Below are positions 1 to 12,700 of a stretch of DNA of 64,000 nt, piece after piece. Made by a program: the position numbers and the translations under genes. The notes under the pieces are model-generated. The model was not told where the DNA came from. It was given only the letters and a program-made list of their open reading frames with translations, and searched no databases. Within the stretch, counting starts at the first letter, position 1; each line of letters begins with the position of its first letter. The DNA comes from Dimorphilus gyrociliatus (Eukaryota > Animalia > Annelida): the NCBI GenBank assembly GCA_904063045.1, contig CAJFCJ010000001.1, positions 1,426,001 to 1,490,000 on the forward strand. The letters are read 5' to 3'.

Positions 1-112
1 TGCAAATATAAAATTACAAATATATATGATATATGTACAATTTTTCTATTCTAATCATATAAATAAGAAGATTAATGCTGTTTAAGATATTTAAATAAAT
101 AGAATATCTTAC

Positions 113-542
113 CCTCCCCATCGATCACCCCTTGAATTTGAACTGGATGAAGCTCTTGTTTTTGAGTCGCCGGGCTAAATTATGAAATAAATGAAAAAAA
201 TCAATCATTTTTGTTGACCTTCTGTTGATTATTGAAAACAAACCATAAATAAACTCCTGAAGCTGTTAATAAAATGAAATATTTTAATCATTTCATTATA
301 CAAGTTGAAAGTTATGTTTACTTACAATAGGAATACGAAATCAATGATTCCCCAGAATGTATCCGTTATAATAGATAATCCCCATCTTGGTTTACTATCG
401 AGAATTTGACCTTAAATAGAGATGATTAGATGTATAATGATTAAAACTAACATAAAATTTTATTTCAGAATATTTTAAACATTCTTTTATACAAAATAAA
501 GCTGTGATTGACATTTCTCTTACCTCCCGAGACGTATACCAT
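113..542 (-). CDS. SELENOK: Selenoprotein K, 5' part (3' end with the Sec UGA and SECIS lies left of base 1)
   Basis: Four GT-AG exons (542-524, 410-326, 262-244, 174-113) splice in frame to MVYVSGGQILDSKPRWGLSIITDTFWGIIDFVFLFFRSLFMPGDSKTRASSSSNSRGDRWGG, matching the SelK N-terminus (MVYISNGQVLDS...ITDFFWGI.EFV.LFF). Absent from the ORF track because the exons are short. Confidence 0.9.
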
Positions 543-1309
543 GCTGATGAATCTGAAATTGCTTAACGATGACGTTGTTTATATTCGGTTTCCGGAAGCG
601 AGTTATTATTCTATTTTCGCCTTTTCAACCTAAAGATTTTTTTTAAATTTGTAGGAGTTTTATAAAAAAAATTAAAAATATAGTATTGAAATTTTAAATT
701 ATACGTAAATAACTCCATTAATTCGAATCAACTATTTTTGAATGGGCGATAATATAGTGTTTTAGAACTCCAAATATATTACAACAGAATACTCCATAAA
801 ATGGGACTAATCAAATAATATTTTGTTCCTATTATAAAAAATAGTCGTATCTCTTTTAGAAAGATATTACCACGAAAGCTAAATTCATAATAGATTGTTC
901 GTCTACAAGCTTTTCGCAATTATCTTGCTTTCCCTCTGCCTTATTATCGGCACACATTGTCGGAATAGCTAAGTAACTTGCTTGAAAATCTTATTTATAT
1001 CCGACTGGTTTTTGCATCAAATAAATCACCTATTCAGTTATATACTAGCTTCATACTTCGGGTAATTTTGCAATTGTCAATTGGTTTTTCTTTATCTTTA
1101 TCTTCGGCATTAGTTTTTTTTTCTACATTTACTATATGGTGCCCCCTACCTTCTTCACTTTCTCATTTTTTTATTTTTATTGTTTAACATTCCGCTGTAT
1201 ATAGAAACGGCAGATAAAGTCTCGAAATTTCGAATAATAGAGAATTATATTTCTTTGTAATGAAAATAGTTTTAAACTAAGACACGTGATACGTTGTCAA
1301 GACTACATC

Positions 1310-1316
1310 GTAAACA
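1310..1316 (+). promoter_or_regulatory. Forkhead (FOXJ1-type) motif GTAAACA upstream of DNAAF1
   Basis: GTAAACA about 60 nt upstream of the DNAAF1 ATG. FOXJ1 is the established activator of motile-cilia genes, but a 7-mer is weak evidence in AT-rich DNA. Confidence 0.3.
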
Positions 1317-1376
1317 AGGCCTTCACCTTAGAAAACAGGCATCTCGGCAATATTTCAATTTAATATTCAGCTAGAT

Positions 1377-3444
1377 ATGGATGTTAAAGAAGGTTTAATT
1401 ATCGAAGATATAACCGAGAATACGGATGGTAATAAAATGGAAGTTCTGAAAGAAATTCAGAGTAAAAATATTGAAGATTCAACTGAAAAGAAGATTGAAC
1501 ACGATTCAGAGAAAGAGAATGTCGAAAAGAATTCCTTAGAGAAAATACGAGAACAAAAAGAAAATTCTGGACTTCCTCGGTATAGTATAAGAAATATTTG
1601 TATATTGACAAGTTATTATAATTATTGACAACATTTTTATCGTACAGATTGACAAAAGAAGTACTTAAGAAGCATTGTAAAGACAAGAAATTATATATAA
1701 CACCATATTTGAATGATACGTTGTATCTTCATTACATGGGTAATTATTCATCCAATATACGATTTGTTTAAATAGTAAATATAATTTAATATACATAAAA
1801 GGTATTGGAAAAATTGAAAATCTGGAAGAATACACTGGTCTAAGATCTTTATGGTTAGAATCAAATGGCATAAAAAGAATAGAGAATCTTGATAAACAAA
1901 CAGAACTAAGATGTTTATTCCTACATCAGAATCTTATTTCTAAAATTGAAAATGTAGATCATCTAATACATTTGGATACTTTAAATCTCAGTAATAATTT
2001 CATTAAAAAAATAGAGAATTTAAGTAAGTTATTATCAATATTTTCTGTTATTCCTTTATTAAGATTGTTCTTGAATAATTTAGGAAATCTACCAGCTTTA
2101 AAAACTTTAAATATAACTCATAACAATATCCAAACTGCTGAGGATATTGAAGAGCTTATGCATTGCGAACAATTATCATGTATTGATATGGCTCATAATA
2201 AAATTGACGATCCTGAAATCGTGAACGTCTTTGGAAGTATGAAATCATTGGTAAACTATTACTATATTTTATTAATAAATATTAACATAATATCTCTTTT
2301 ATCTTCCGTAGAGAGTACTGATTCTTAGAGGTAATCCAGTTTTAAGAGATATATCCAATTGTCGTAAAACGTTAATTTTGAAAATCGTAAGTTTTTCTAT
2401 ATTATTACTAATTTGTTTTTAATTTTAATAATGTCAAAATAGGCTGATCTTCAACACTTGGATGATAGGCCAGTTTTTCCAAAGGAAAGAGCTTGCACAG
2501 AAGCTTGGGCTGCTGGTGGAAGAGAAGCTGAAAAAGCTGAGAGAGAAAGGTGGAATCAAGAGGAGAGGGATCGTATTATGAGGAGTGTAAATGGTAGATA
2601 AGAATTATATATATATCTTTAGGTGGACTGTTTATATATATATATTTTATCATTTCTTTAGCGTTGAGACCTAGAAATTGGGATAAAGACGAAACTTCGA
2701 ATATCGATACTGAAACTGATACTCAAGCAGAAGAACAACAAGAAGAGTCTACTAAACTACAAATAATAGACGTTACGGAAACTGAAGAACCTGTTGAGAA
2801 AAAAGAAACCAATTCTGTTGCCAAATCTGCAGCGGTGGATAGTAAGAAGGTCTTTGATATCCTCAAGAAGGAGAACAAAGTCCAGGAAGAGAAAGAAGTG
2901 GATATTCCATTTATTACTACACAGAAATCGAAACAGACTAATAGTATATTCTCGACTGAAGTACCTGAAAGTGATTCATCTGATAATTTCCTCATGAAAG
3001 AATCGAATGATATCTCAGGGGATAGGCTCTTTTATAAACGTGACACAACTAAGAAAACGCAAGGAATTCTTATTGAAGATATCACCAATGTAAGTATAAA
3101 ACTTGTATATAAATTATAAGAAACGTTGAATTTTTAATGAGTTTACTCTGTTTTAGGACGATGACTGCCCTCCTTTAGAGACTGTTACCTTTGATGAAGA
3201 ACTCAACAATGGAAATCTACAATTCGTACCACCAAATCCAGTTCATGTAGAAAGTGATGGAATTAGGTCATACGTTGATCAGAGCGTTGATGAAAAAATC
3301 CTTAATGATAGTACGCAATATTCTCGTCAAAATGCTAAAACCAGAGAAATAAGGGAAATGGAAAAGGAATCGGCGAATTTGACCAAAGAAGACAAAATTC
3401 GTCAATTGGCGGAGAGAGGCGGTTCAACAAACTCAAAGAAATAG
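1377..3444 (+). CDS. DNAAF1: Dynein axonemal assembly factor 1 (LRRC50/ODA7), SDS22-like LRR protein
   Basis: Spliced exons give [29 protein letters not shown], several LRRs, the LRRcap-like [18 protein letters not shown] and an acidic low-complexity C-terminus; stop TAG at 3442-3444. Confidence 0.9.
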
Positions 3445-3738
3445 AAAAATGAGTAAAATTGATAAAGGAATAAAAAGGAATAATTAACTTGTGAACCAAT
3501 TTCTTAATAGTTTATTTAATTAATTAATAATGTAAATATTAGTATAATAAACTTATTTTTTGTCATAAATTTTAATAAATGATAGAGTTTTATTGCAATA
3601 GTTTACTATATTTTGACAGTATGACTTTACTTTATAAAATGTAATGAATACATTAATAATAATAAGTTTATGAATATTCAAAAGTTTCTTTTTTCTTATT
3701 CTTTAAAATAGTGTAAAAAGATTTTGAGAAAGAGCGTG

Positions 3739-6700
3739 TTAATCATCTAATTGACACAGCATGGCGCATCCTCGCTTTATCCAGTGTTGTACAGGTTTTT
3801 CGGTCGGTAATAATATTGATACAACATAGTTTGTTGAATGTCCAGTTGTCGATAAGGTTCCTTTTCTTTCGCTAGTTTTATAAACTGGACATGTGTATCT
3901 GGACGAACCTTCGTCAATATCTGATCTCTTCGCCGGCTTGAGCCAAATGATTGGTATGGCATCATATAAAACTTTTGGATTTTGCTCATTTAAGACGCCT
4001 TTTTTCTTATCCCATCGTGCTCCATCTAAGAATAAACCGTGAATATAGGCTCCGTCGGATGGACTATCGTCACTTTGTTCTTTAGGTAGAACCTCAAAAT
4101 CGAATCCCAGGAGATCAATCGGTATTTTGTATTTTCTAGCATAGTTTTGCATTACACCAGTCAAGAAAGCTTGGGTAAAGTAGAATCCCGAAACCCAAAA
4201 TACATGGGGTTTACCGTTATCGTACCATTTTTGTAAGAAGCTTAAACGTTCCAGGTAATCGTTTACATAAGAACCTAAAGGTTTTAATGATGGATAAGAT
4301 CTCTTAGCCCAAATAGCAGGTATTTTACCAATGAGTAACGATTGGGCAAGTGCTTCGAGATCTGAGTTCATAACAACCAAACCTTTTATTGCTTTTTGAA
4401 GGTTTTGTAAACTAGTTCTAATTATAACCATTAGTTTATTAAATCTTTCCATTTCCTGTACTAATACTGTATTCATGGATTCTTCATAGGTTACTGGAAA
4501 TTTCTGCTGAGCTTCCTCTAAATCAAAATCCTTCGGTAATTTCGACAAAATATCCGAAGCTATCTGATGTAGAGCCTCGTCAGATTTTCCCGCCCCTCCT
4601 GTGCTACCTCCTCCGAGCGTTAATAGCACATTATCGAATAGTTGTTTAGTTTCGGATAAATCCTTTGAAATATCGACGTTATCGTGCATGCCGAAAACCT
4701 CAGGAGTTTGAGTTTGGGGTAGATTCTGAATAAATTCCAAATACTCTTCGTAAGTTCCTTTTGGTGGAACATAGTATAAGCCAGAGGCGGAAAGTTTGTG
4801 CTTGGCTTCTTCTACAACTTTGTCATTGTAGAAATCAGCTAGAATAGTCATAAGAGTTCTTCTATCTCGATCATCTGTTACTCTTCCACCGTAGTTGCAT
4901 TCTCCAGTTAAGTATGTGATAGCATCGTACGGTACATCATCATATTCGTTTATGAACATTTGCAGTTGTCTTACAGATATTCGTAAGTCTGACTCGTTGA
5001 AACCGTATGGGATATTCCAACCCAAAGGACCGAATTTACGACGCTCTTGAACCAGAGCATGGAAAAAGCATAATGCGTATAGTAATTTCTCAAATGTTCC
5101 CTCCTTTCCTTTGCAATTTTGGAAGAATTCCTCGTCTGAAATTGGATCATTCAAGTAGGACTGTAAAAGATTCTGACGAAGTCCAGTTGGAGGTTCATTT
5201 GTCATTTTGACACCGTTCTGAAGGACTGTTACAGGAAACTTGTCACTTGGATAGCTTGTGAGCCATAATCTGTTAAGGAAATGATTAATTTACACATACA
5301 AGCTGTAAGAGGAAACAAGAGTTGGAAACAAACCTAAAATCTGGATGGGTATTTTCTGGTGTAAAATCCTCACAGATTTTCTCCATAGCTGTCATCCATG
5401 AGACTGCCAAATGACAGTTTTGCAGGAGAACCCAAGTTCCTTCTTGTTTCGCTGTTTGAATCATTTTTGCAGCAATGGGACCTTGACCCTGACCTAAAGA
5501 AATACTGTTAAATTTGTTGCCGCCAAAACCTTTATCCTCGGCGAATTTTAAGAGAGCCATTGTTGGATCAGCACCAGGTGAAAGAACAAAGATGAGAGGA
5601 GCGCAACAATTTGAGTCGGCGTAAGATTTTGTTAAATCAAACGGAGGAGGTTCAATAAACATTTGACCCAATTTATCCTTAACAAAATTAGCTACAGCAG
5701 GTATAACTTTATCAGGTCTAACGCAGCGAAGGACTATAAGCTTTTGGAATGGAGTCAATTTTTGCCAAGGTGGAGGCAATTCAGCTTTATGAGGAGCTTT
5801 GTCATCGTAGTACATCCTCCAAAGAGCTACATCTTTCACAAATTGTTGTCTACATAAATAGAAAGAAGCACTTAGAATAGACATTATATAAAAGTTGTAG
5901 TTCCTTACTTGAATCCTTTGAATGATGGTAGATCACTCATTCTACAAATTTCATCCCATGATTTATCTATTAACCAAGAAGGATCGGGATTAGGATCTTT
6001 GTTTTCCAATCCTATTCCTCCAGTTAGGAAGAACATAAACTCTGCCATATCTAATTCTTTCCTTGCCCTTTATTATTAGAATAATATCGTTATTATTTAC
6101 GTAAAGAGCAATACATTGTAGTAAAAAAATCGTCAATAAAAGCTAAGAAAGCGATGTGCAAGCAAGCAAACAAACAAACAACAGTCAAACTGTTATAATA
6201 AAAATAGTAAACCATGATTAAGTGTTTTTTTTTTAACTAAGAAAGAAATATCATGCCAAACAATAGGGAGAGAATATGCAAACTAATTAAAAAAATATGG
6301 TGCATTTTGGTGATTGTGGGATATTTAAAAATACAAAACAAACTGCAAACTGGCCAAAAAAAAGGTGCTAATTGCGTTTCTTTTTGTTGTGTTCAAACTA
6401 TCACACAAACTCACAGTATAACTTGAGAACAAAGAACCAGTGAAAACAATAGTTTGTCTCGTTCGAACAAGGATCGACAAACATTAGAATAAAGGTTGTA
6501 AGTAAAATGTTCTGATAGATGACGAAGTCGTTTAGCAACATTTTTAGATGGATTGCTGAAAAAATAGTGAAATATTGAAATCTTGTCCCGTTTTTCCCGT
6601 CTCTAGGAGCCTGTTTAACCTTGACCTATAAGCTTAACTTTAACTACTTCTCTATATATACTTTATCAACGGAAATCTTACAGTAGGAATTTAATACACA

Positions 6701-9700
6701 TTTGAAAGGATAGGGTTAATTTTGTCTTTTCGAATAATGAACGACAAACATTCGCGTAGAAATTATAAGTAAAATGATTTTTCAGATATCTTAATCGTTT
6801 GTCAATAATTTTCGACTTGTTGCTGAAAAAAGAAATATACATTTGCTGAAAGTTGACTACTAATAACGAACTAGGCCAACCCGCAATCAAAATAAAATAA
6901 TAAATAAACATTGATAATGAAACTACAAATATACGTCAATCATCGTTGTAACAATAATAATACTGTAATTAGTACAATTATACTAATAGTTAGTTAATGA
7001 ATCATCAAGAGCGATAGAATCGGAAGAAATTAGAATATATTGTTTTCTTCATTAAGATCATGGACAACGGTCCAACTTACAAAGTTAATTTGGAGCAGAG
7101 TATGAAGGATAAAGTAAGTTTATGTGCTGCAAACAATGATCGACAGACATTTTCGTACAAATTGTACTGAAAATGATCCTTCAAATATCCTAATCTGCGC
7201 TTTAAAATCCAAGATTTGTTGCTGGAAAATATCTTATCGTCTTAGAGAATGTTCATTAATTAAAGATAATCGTAGAGTATTTTATATATATGTATATATT
7301 AATGTTAAAGTTATCCTACAACTTAATTGATCTTTATATACTGAACAATTAAAATATTAAGGTTATACACTTACCTGTCGTGAATTGAATTCAAGAAGAG
7401 ATTTATAAACCAGGTTAAAGAATACTGGTACATAGGATCAATGTTTGGTAAATCGGCTATGGAAAAGAAAAGGATAGCGGAATGATTAGCTATAGGTCTA
7501 TATCCTTGTCTGGATTCATCAATCTTTTTCTCAGTTTCTTCTGCTATTTTTTGTTTCTTTGCAATTTCATCGGAGAGTATTTTAGACGAATCTAAAATTT
7601 GAATTGCACTTTCGTCTTCTAAAATGTTTCCCTCAGAAGCTGAGAGAGTATGAAGAATTTTATCTTCAATTTCTTTTAACTGACGACGGTTTGTTGCCGA
7701 TGTGACAATAAGAGCTTGACGCTCTTCCTCCAATTCAGGTCTGTTTTTTTAAAGATAACAATTAAATCATATATCTCTATAGTAGTAAAGTTTTTACAAA
7801 CCTTTCTTTGGCAACAACAATCCCTAGTAACTGATCTTCAAGACCCTCTGGCGTAATCATAAAATTCAATAACGATACTTTAGTGGCAACTTCCGGCAAG
7901 TAGTGCGGGTTCCTTAATTTCGTTGTTATATAAAATCGGAAATCTTTACTATATTCTATAACATTTTCGCCCAATCTAATCATTTCAACTCCACCTTAAT
8001 AAAAACGTATTAGATTATTAAATAGCTTTTTTTTTTAAAAAGAAAAAGCTTCAAGCTTGTTTTCACGTACCTTGTTTGAAAGTTTGTTTGAGTAGTAACG
8101 GTTCCAAGCTAGGATCGAGTTCTTCTCCAACATTTTCAAGTAGTAATGGATTTCCGAAAGTGACGCAATTTTCCAACGTTCTCATATAATCCGAATCAGT
8201 AAGCTGAAAGATATTGTTGAAATATCATCTCATAAAAGGAACAAAATCTCTCTTTTACCTTTATAACGGATAATTTATTTTCCTTTTCCATATTCTTTGT
8301 CCACTTATTGGCTTGGCCCTGAGGATCAATCATTAAGGGCCAACGTCTAGAGTTTGCAACAATTACGCCGTTATCGATAGAGAAAGCATCCCTTGGAAGA
8401 CCGGAGATATTCCAAGCTTGAATTTTAATAGGTTCTCCAAGAGTTTTTGTCAACGAGAAATGCTCTGAACAGGGTATTTTCTTTTCTTTGCATAGCTTTG
8501 TCCATTCTTGAGTACACTCTTCCCTAAATTATATAATCAGTTATTAATATTAATTGATAAGCTATTTTGAATTGTTTATCTACCTAAATGCTGAGGTAAA
8601 AGGCCCAAGGTAAGCTATAACTCCGGCAGAGACAAGCACATCACCCAATAGATTATCATATACTACTTGAAGGTTGGCGGCAGCTTGGGTCCATCTTTCT
8701 TTTTCACCACCTAAGCCTCCAATGAGTTTCTTGGCACGTTCTAGTTTCTTTCCGCATAAATCAACTTGGGCTTCCAAATCATCTTTTTCTTGTTCTTTTT
8801 GTTTCAATTGAGTAGCTAGATTAGCTAATTTCTCTTCGCCTGCTCTAAGTTCTGCTCTCTTTTCATTTAATTTAGACATTGTGGCGTCAAGGGTACTTTC
8901 GGCTTCTGCTAATTTGATTTTCTTAGGAGCAACAACTTTAGCAACACGGTCGTAAAGTTCCATAGCTGTTATCCATTTACAAAGACCTTCAGCCGCTGAG
9001 GAAGCTTTGGCCACTTTACTGGGATCGAATTCAGGATTAACAATGAATTCTTTTCTAATTTTACCCATAATGTGAGCAGGGATATTATCTTTATCATACT
9101 CTTTAAGACTGTCCAAAAATTTCATATCACCTAATAACTTCTTTGAAGGACCCCAGAAGTCCAATATTTTTTTACCAGTTCCGGCAGGATCCTGGATTTT
9201 TTCTGGACTAACATCTTTCATAACGCAAATAGCGTGCATAACCAATTTTACACCTGATGGTGGATTCTTCATAGTTTTTACAATAGAGATGTCACTAGGT
9301 TTTAATGTGTTTAGAGCGTCCAGAGCGGATTCTAGAGCGGGGATAGCCTCAGCTAAATCGGCTTCACATTCGTCTTTCAGAGCCTTGGCATTTGCAGCTT
9401 GCTCATTAGCGGCTGCTTCATCAGCTCTAACTCTTGTAGTTGTTGCGTCTACTTCAATCTTTTCTTCTTCAATTGTTTTGGTAATTTTAATGTTCTCTTC
9501 CTTGGATAACACTAGCTGAGGTTGTAAAGCTTCAAGTTCCTTTTGCATACTTGACACTTGAGATGCTGCGAAGGCTAATTTCTCTAAGCCAGTTTCGTAT
9601 CTTCTCTTTGCTTTCATTGTCTCTTCTTGTTTTGCAGACAATAAATTCTTGAAAGACCCTATTAATTCCAAATAGGATGTAGGAGTTACATAGTTATGAC

Positions 9701-12700
9701 GGCCCAAAGTTGATAAGAACTTTTCAGATAGAAGTCTAGCTGACGTGTGAAAGTACTGGCAAATATAAACACACTCTTCCTTCTCCTTGTCTTCAACTTC
9801 AGCGTGTTCCAGATATTTATTTGCAACTCTTTCCAAAGCATCTTGCGGCCATGCTTGGAACCAGTCTATTGTACAACAGTTAATTAGGGACGGATATTGT
9901 CGTAAACGATTGCGGAAAGCGTCTCCAATAGGACTGAATGCAATAATTATGTGTAAATTTGATTTACACCTATTCACAAAGAAACCCATTAGAGCTAGAG
10001 GCGTAAAATCAGCATTTTTATCCGGCGACTGAGCTTGAGCTGCAACTCTAACGCTCTGATTGGAGAAAATTAAGTAATAAATAATCATATAATTAATACT
10101 ATTAGCGAAAATGTAATCAATTTTAAGTGAATCTTACCTCCATTAATTCAGCTTTTTCGTCCGGAGCAAAAAGATTTGGAACTTCTCCAGTATTTAGTAA
10201 ACTGTCTATGTCTTCGAGGAAACTCTCTTCCTTAATCTGAGAGTCAGTGATAAGGAAAACTGTAGGTTTGCCTTGTCCACCAGTTATTTTTAATAGATTC
10301 TAAAAGATATGAATAGTTTGTTAATACATCACATGTATAATGCGTTTACAAGTGGGATGATTACCTTTAAGTCTTCGCGCCATTCGTTTTTACCATAGTT
10401 TTTCGAAATTTCCGGTTGGAATAGGTTCATTTGAGACATCGAGGCGGCCAATCTCGTTAAACTTTGTCTACCACTGCCTCCTACACCGACCAGAAGAGCA
10501 TTACCACCAGGCATCCTGAGAACTCTGCTAACTCTGCTCAAATGTTCTAATACGTATCGGAAAATAACAAGATTCATCCTTGTTTTATGAGTATTATTAT
10601 ATTCATCGAGGCATTGTTCGGCAACATTATAAAATTGATCAATAGATACTATTTCCTCATAAACTCTCTCTTCCGGTTCTAAATCCGGATTAATATAATC
10701 ACCAAACATAAGTGATCTTAAATCTTCTTCCATTAATTTTCCACCGTTTCCCTCGTTAGCGAGATGCTCAAAAACGACATCAAAAGAATCTTTAAAATGG
10801 TCCCTGATTAAATTTTTCATCATCCTAAGTGGGGAGAAGATGGGAAATTTTTAATTATAATACTGTATATAATGTACATTTTTGCATTGATCTTACTCAA
10901 ATAGCCAACTTCTATCCTTATCGTCGATAAGACGGTCGTAAAACACTCTCATTACTTCATGAACAAATAATCTTGTGAAAACTCTCTTATTTTCAACTTG
11001 TTCCTTTTTCATTAAGCAACAACCGAGGATAACTCGACTATAAAGGAATTACAGTATATTCATTGTTTCTTGAAGAGTTTTAAATGTTAATTAGCAAAGT
11101 TTTACCTGAAATCTCTAAGGTTAAATACGTAGTGACTTTTTGCCGGTGTTGGCAATAAATTAGACATAGCTGCCTTGTATACCTCCATTGTAGCGTGTAC
11201 AATAGCATTTCCGGCAGAAAAGAAGTCTGGAGCAAAATCTTGACTCTATTAAAGGGGCAAAGTGATCATATATTGATAAGACACTCAGTAGCTTTTACAA
11301 ACCCTTAGGTATGTTGTCATTAGTGTTGAAAAGATTCTGATCATAGTGTCGTCGTTGAATGGATTAATTGAAACTATGTTGAAGTGGCGTAAGAATCTTG
11401 GAGTTACATCATTTCTTCCACCTCCTGGAGGTCCCATAGCGGCAAGGAATTGAATATCTTGCAGTACTATTTTGGAAGTATCCTTCAAATCGTACCAGTT
11501 TTTATGATCAAAGTATTGACGTAAAAGTTCTATTGGAGGTTGTGCACCATAAATTTCCTTTGCAGGCATATTCATATCGTCGATAAAGATGATAGCTTTC
11601 TTTCCAACGGATGGTCCAAAAAAGCCTTTCCTTCTCTTATCTAGACGAATCATAATGATAAATTGAGTTTGATTAGCGCTAGTTTGAGCGGAAAAGTTCA
11701 CAAAAGTAGGAACGTATTTCTCTTTAGGTAGATCGTTTGTCAATTTTTGTTGAACATAGACTGATTTTCCAGTACCAGTAGGGCCAACAAATAGAATTGG
11801 TCTTTCATGTTTAATAGCCAAATCCATTAAATAAGAATATCTAACAGTATCCATAGTTGGAACTAATATTTCTTGTAATTTCTTCGTTAACGATACATTT
11901 GACGATTTTATAAAATCATTCCAATGTTTCCAAGAGCCTCTGGCCTTTTGCTATAAAATAATTCATTATATTGTTTATATAATAAGATTATGAAGAATTG
12001 TACCTCGTATGCAAAATCATAAACCAGGCCATTCTCGGGAAACATTACTTCAATCTTACCAATTGATTTTGGAATTGGGAAATTTTCATTCTTATTCATT
12101 AAGAGTTCTCTGAAGAATTTATCAAACTTTTCTCTACCATCAACGTCGGTTAAGGCTCCTAAACTCCATGGAACTGAGAATAGTATAGATGATAATAGCC
12201 ACGTTCTTAAATGTCTATTTTCGGCTACGTCTTCAGCATGGGCCGCATTGTGCATCAACATTTCTATCCAGTACATTAATGATCTTACTAAGTTACTAAC
12301 CGACGCCGGGACGTATTCTTTACAATTCTTTCGCAAAAAGTTTAGACAGGGATCAACGAGCCATTCGAATATCTCTTCTAATAATTCTGCATTATCCTTC
12401 GTTATCGATGGGTGTAGAGAGCGTATCCAAGATTTTAAAATAGGTCTCCAGCCTAAGGTAGCCGGCTCAAGATAAATCATACCACATCTCGATACGGTTG
12501 CAGGCTATTTATAACAATATACATATAGAAATATATATATATAAGATAGTGAAATTAAGATACCCTACCGAAGCTTGTGATAAATCCATAGTCTCAAATA
12601 TTAAACTCATAACAGACGACATTTGAATAACTTCTCCGCTCATTAAACACAATTTCTTGTTATCATCTAATACGGTATTCATATTTTCAATCCAAACAGC

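Noticed and set aside
600-1200. Purine-rich, coding-looking stretches on the minus strand (MCADNKAEGKQDNCEK...) and the hydrophobic plus-strand ORF 978-1187
   Set aside because: No splicing pattern gave a coherent reading frame; the plus-strand ORF is simply the complement of the purine-rich tract. It may be UTR or a remnant.
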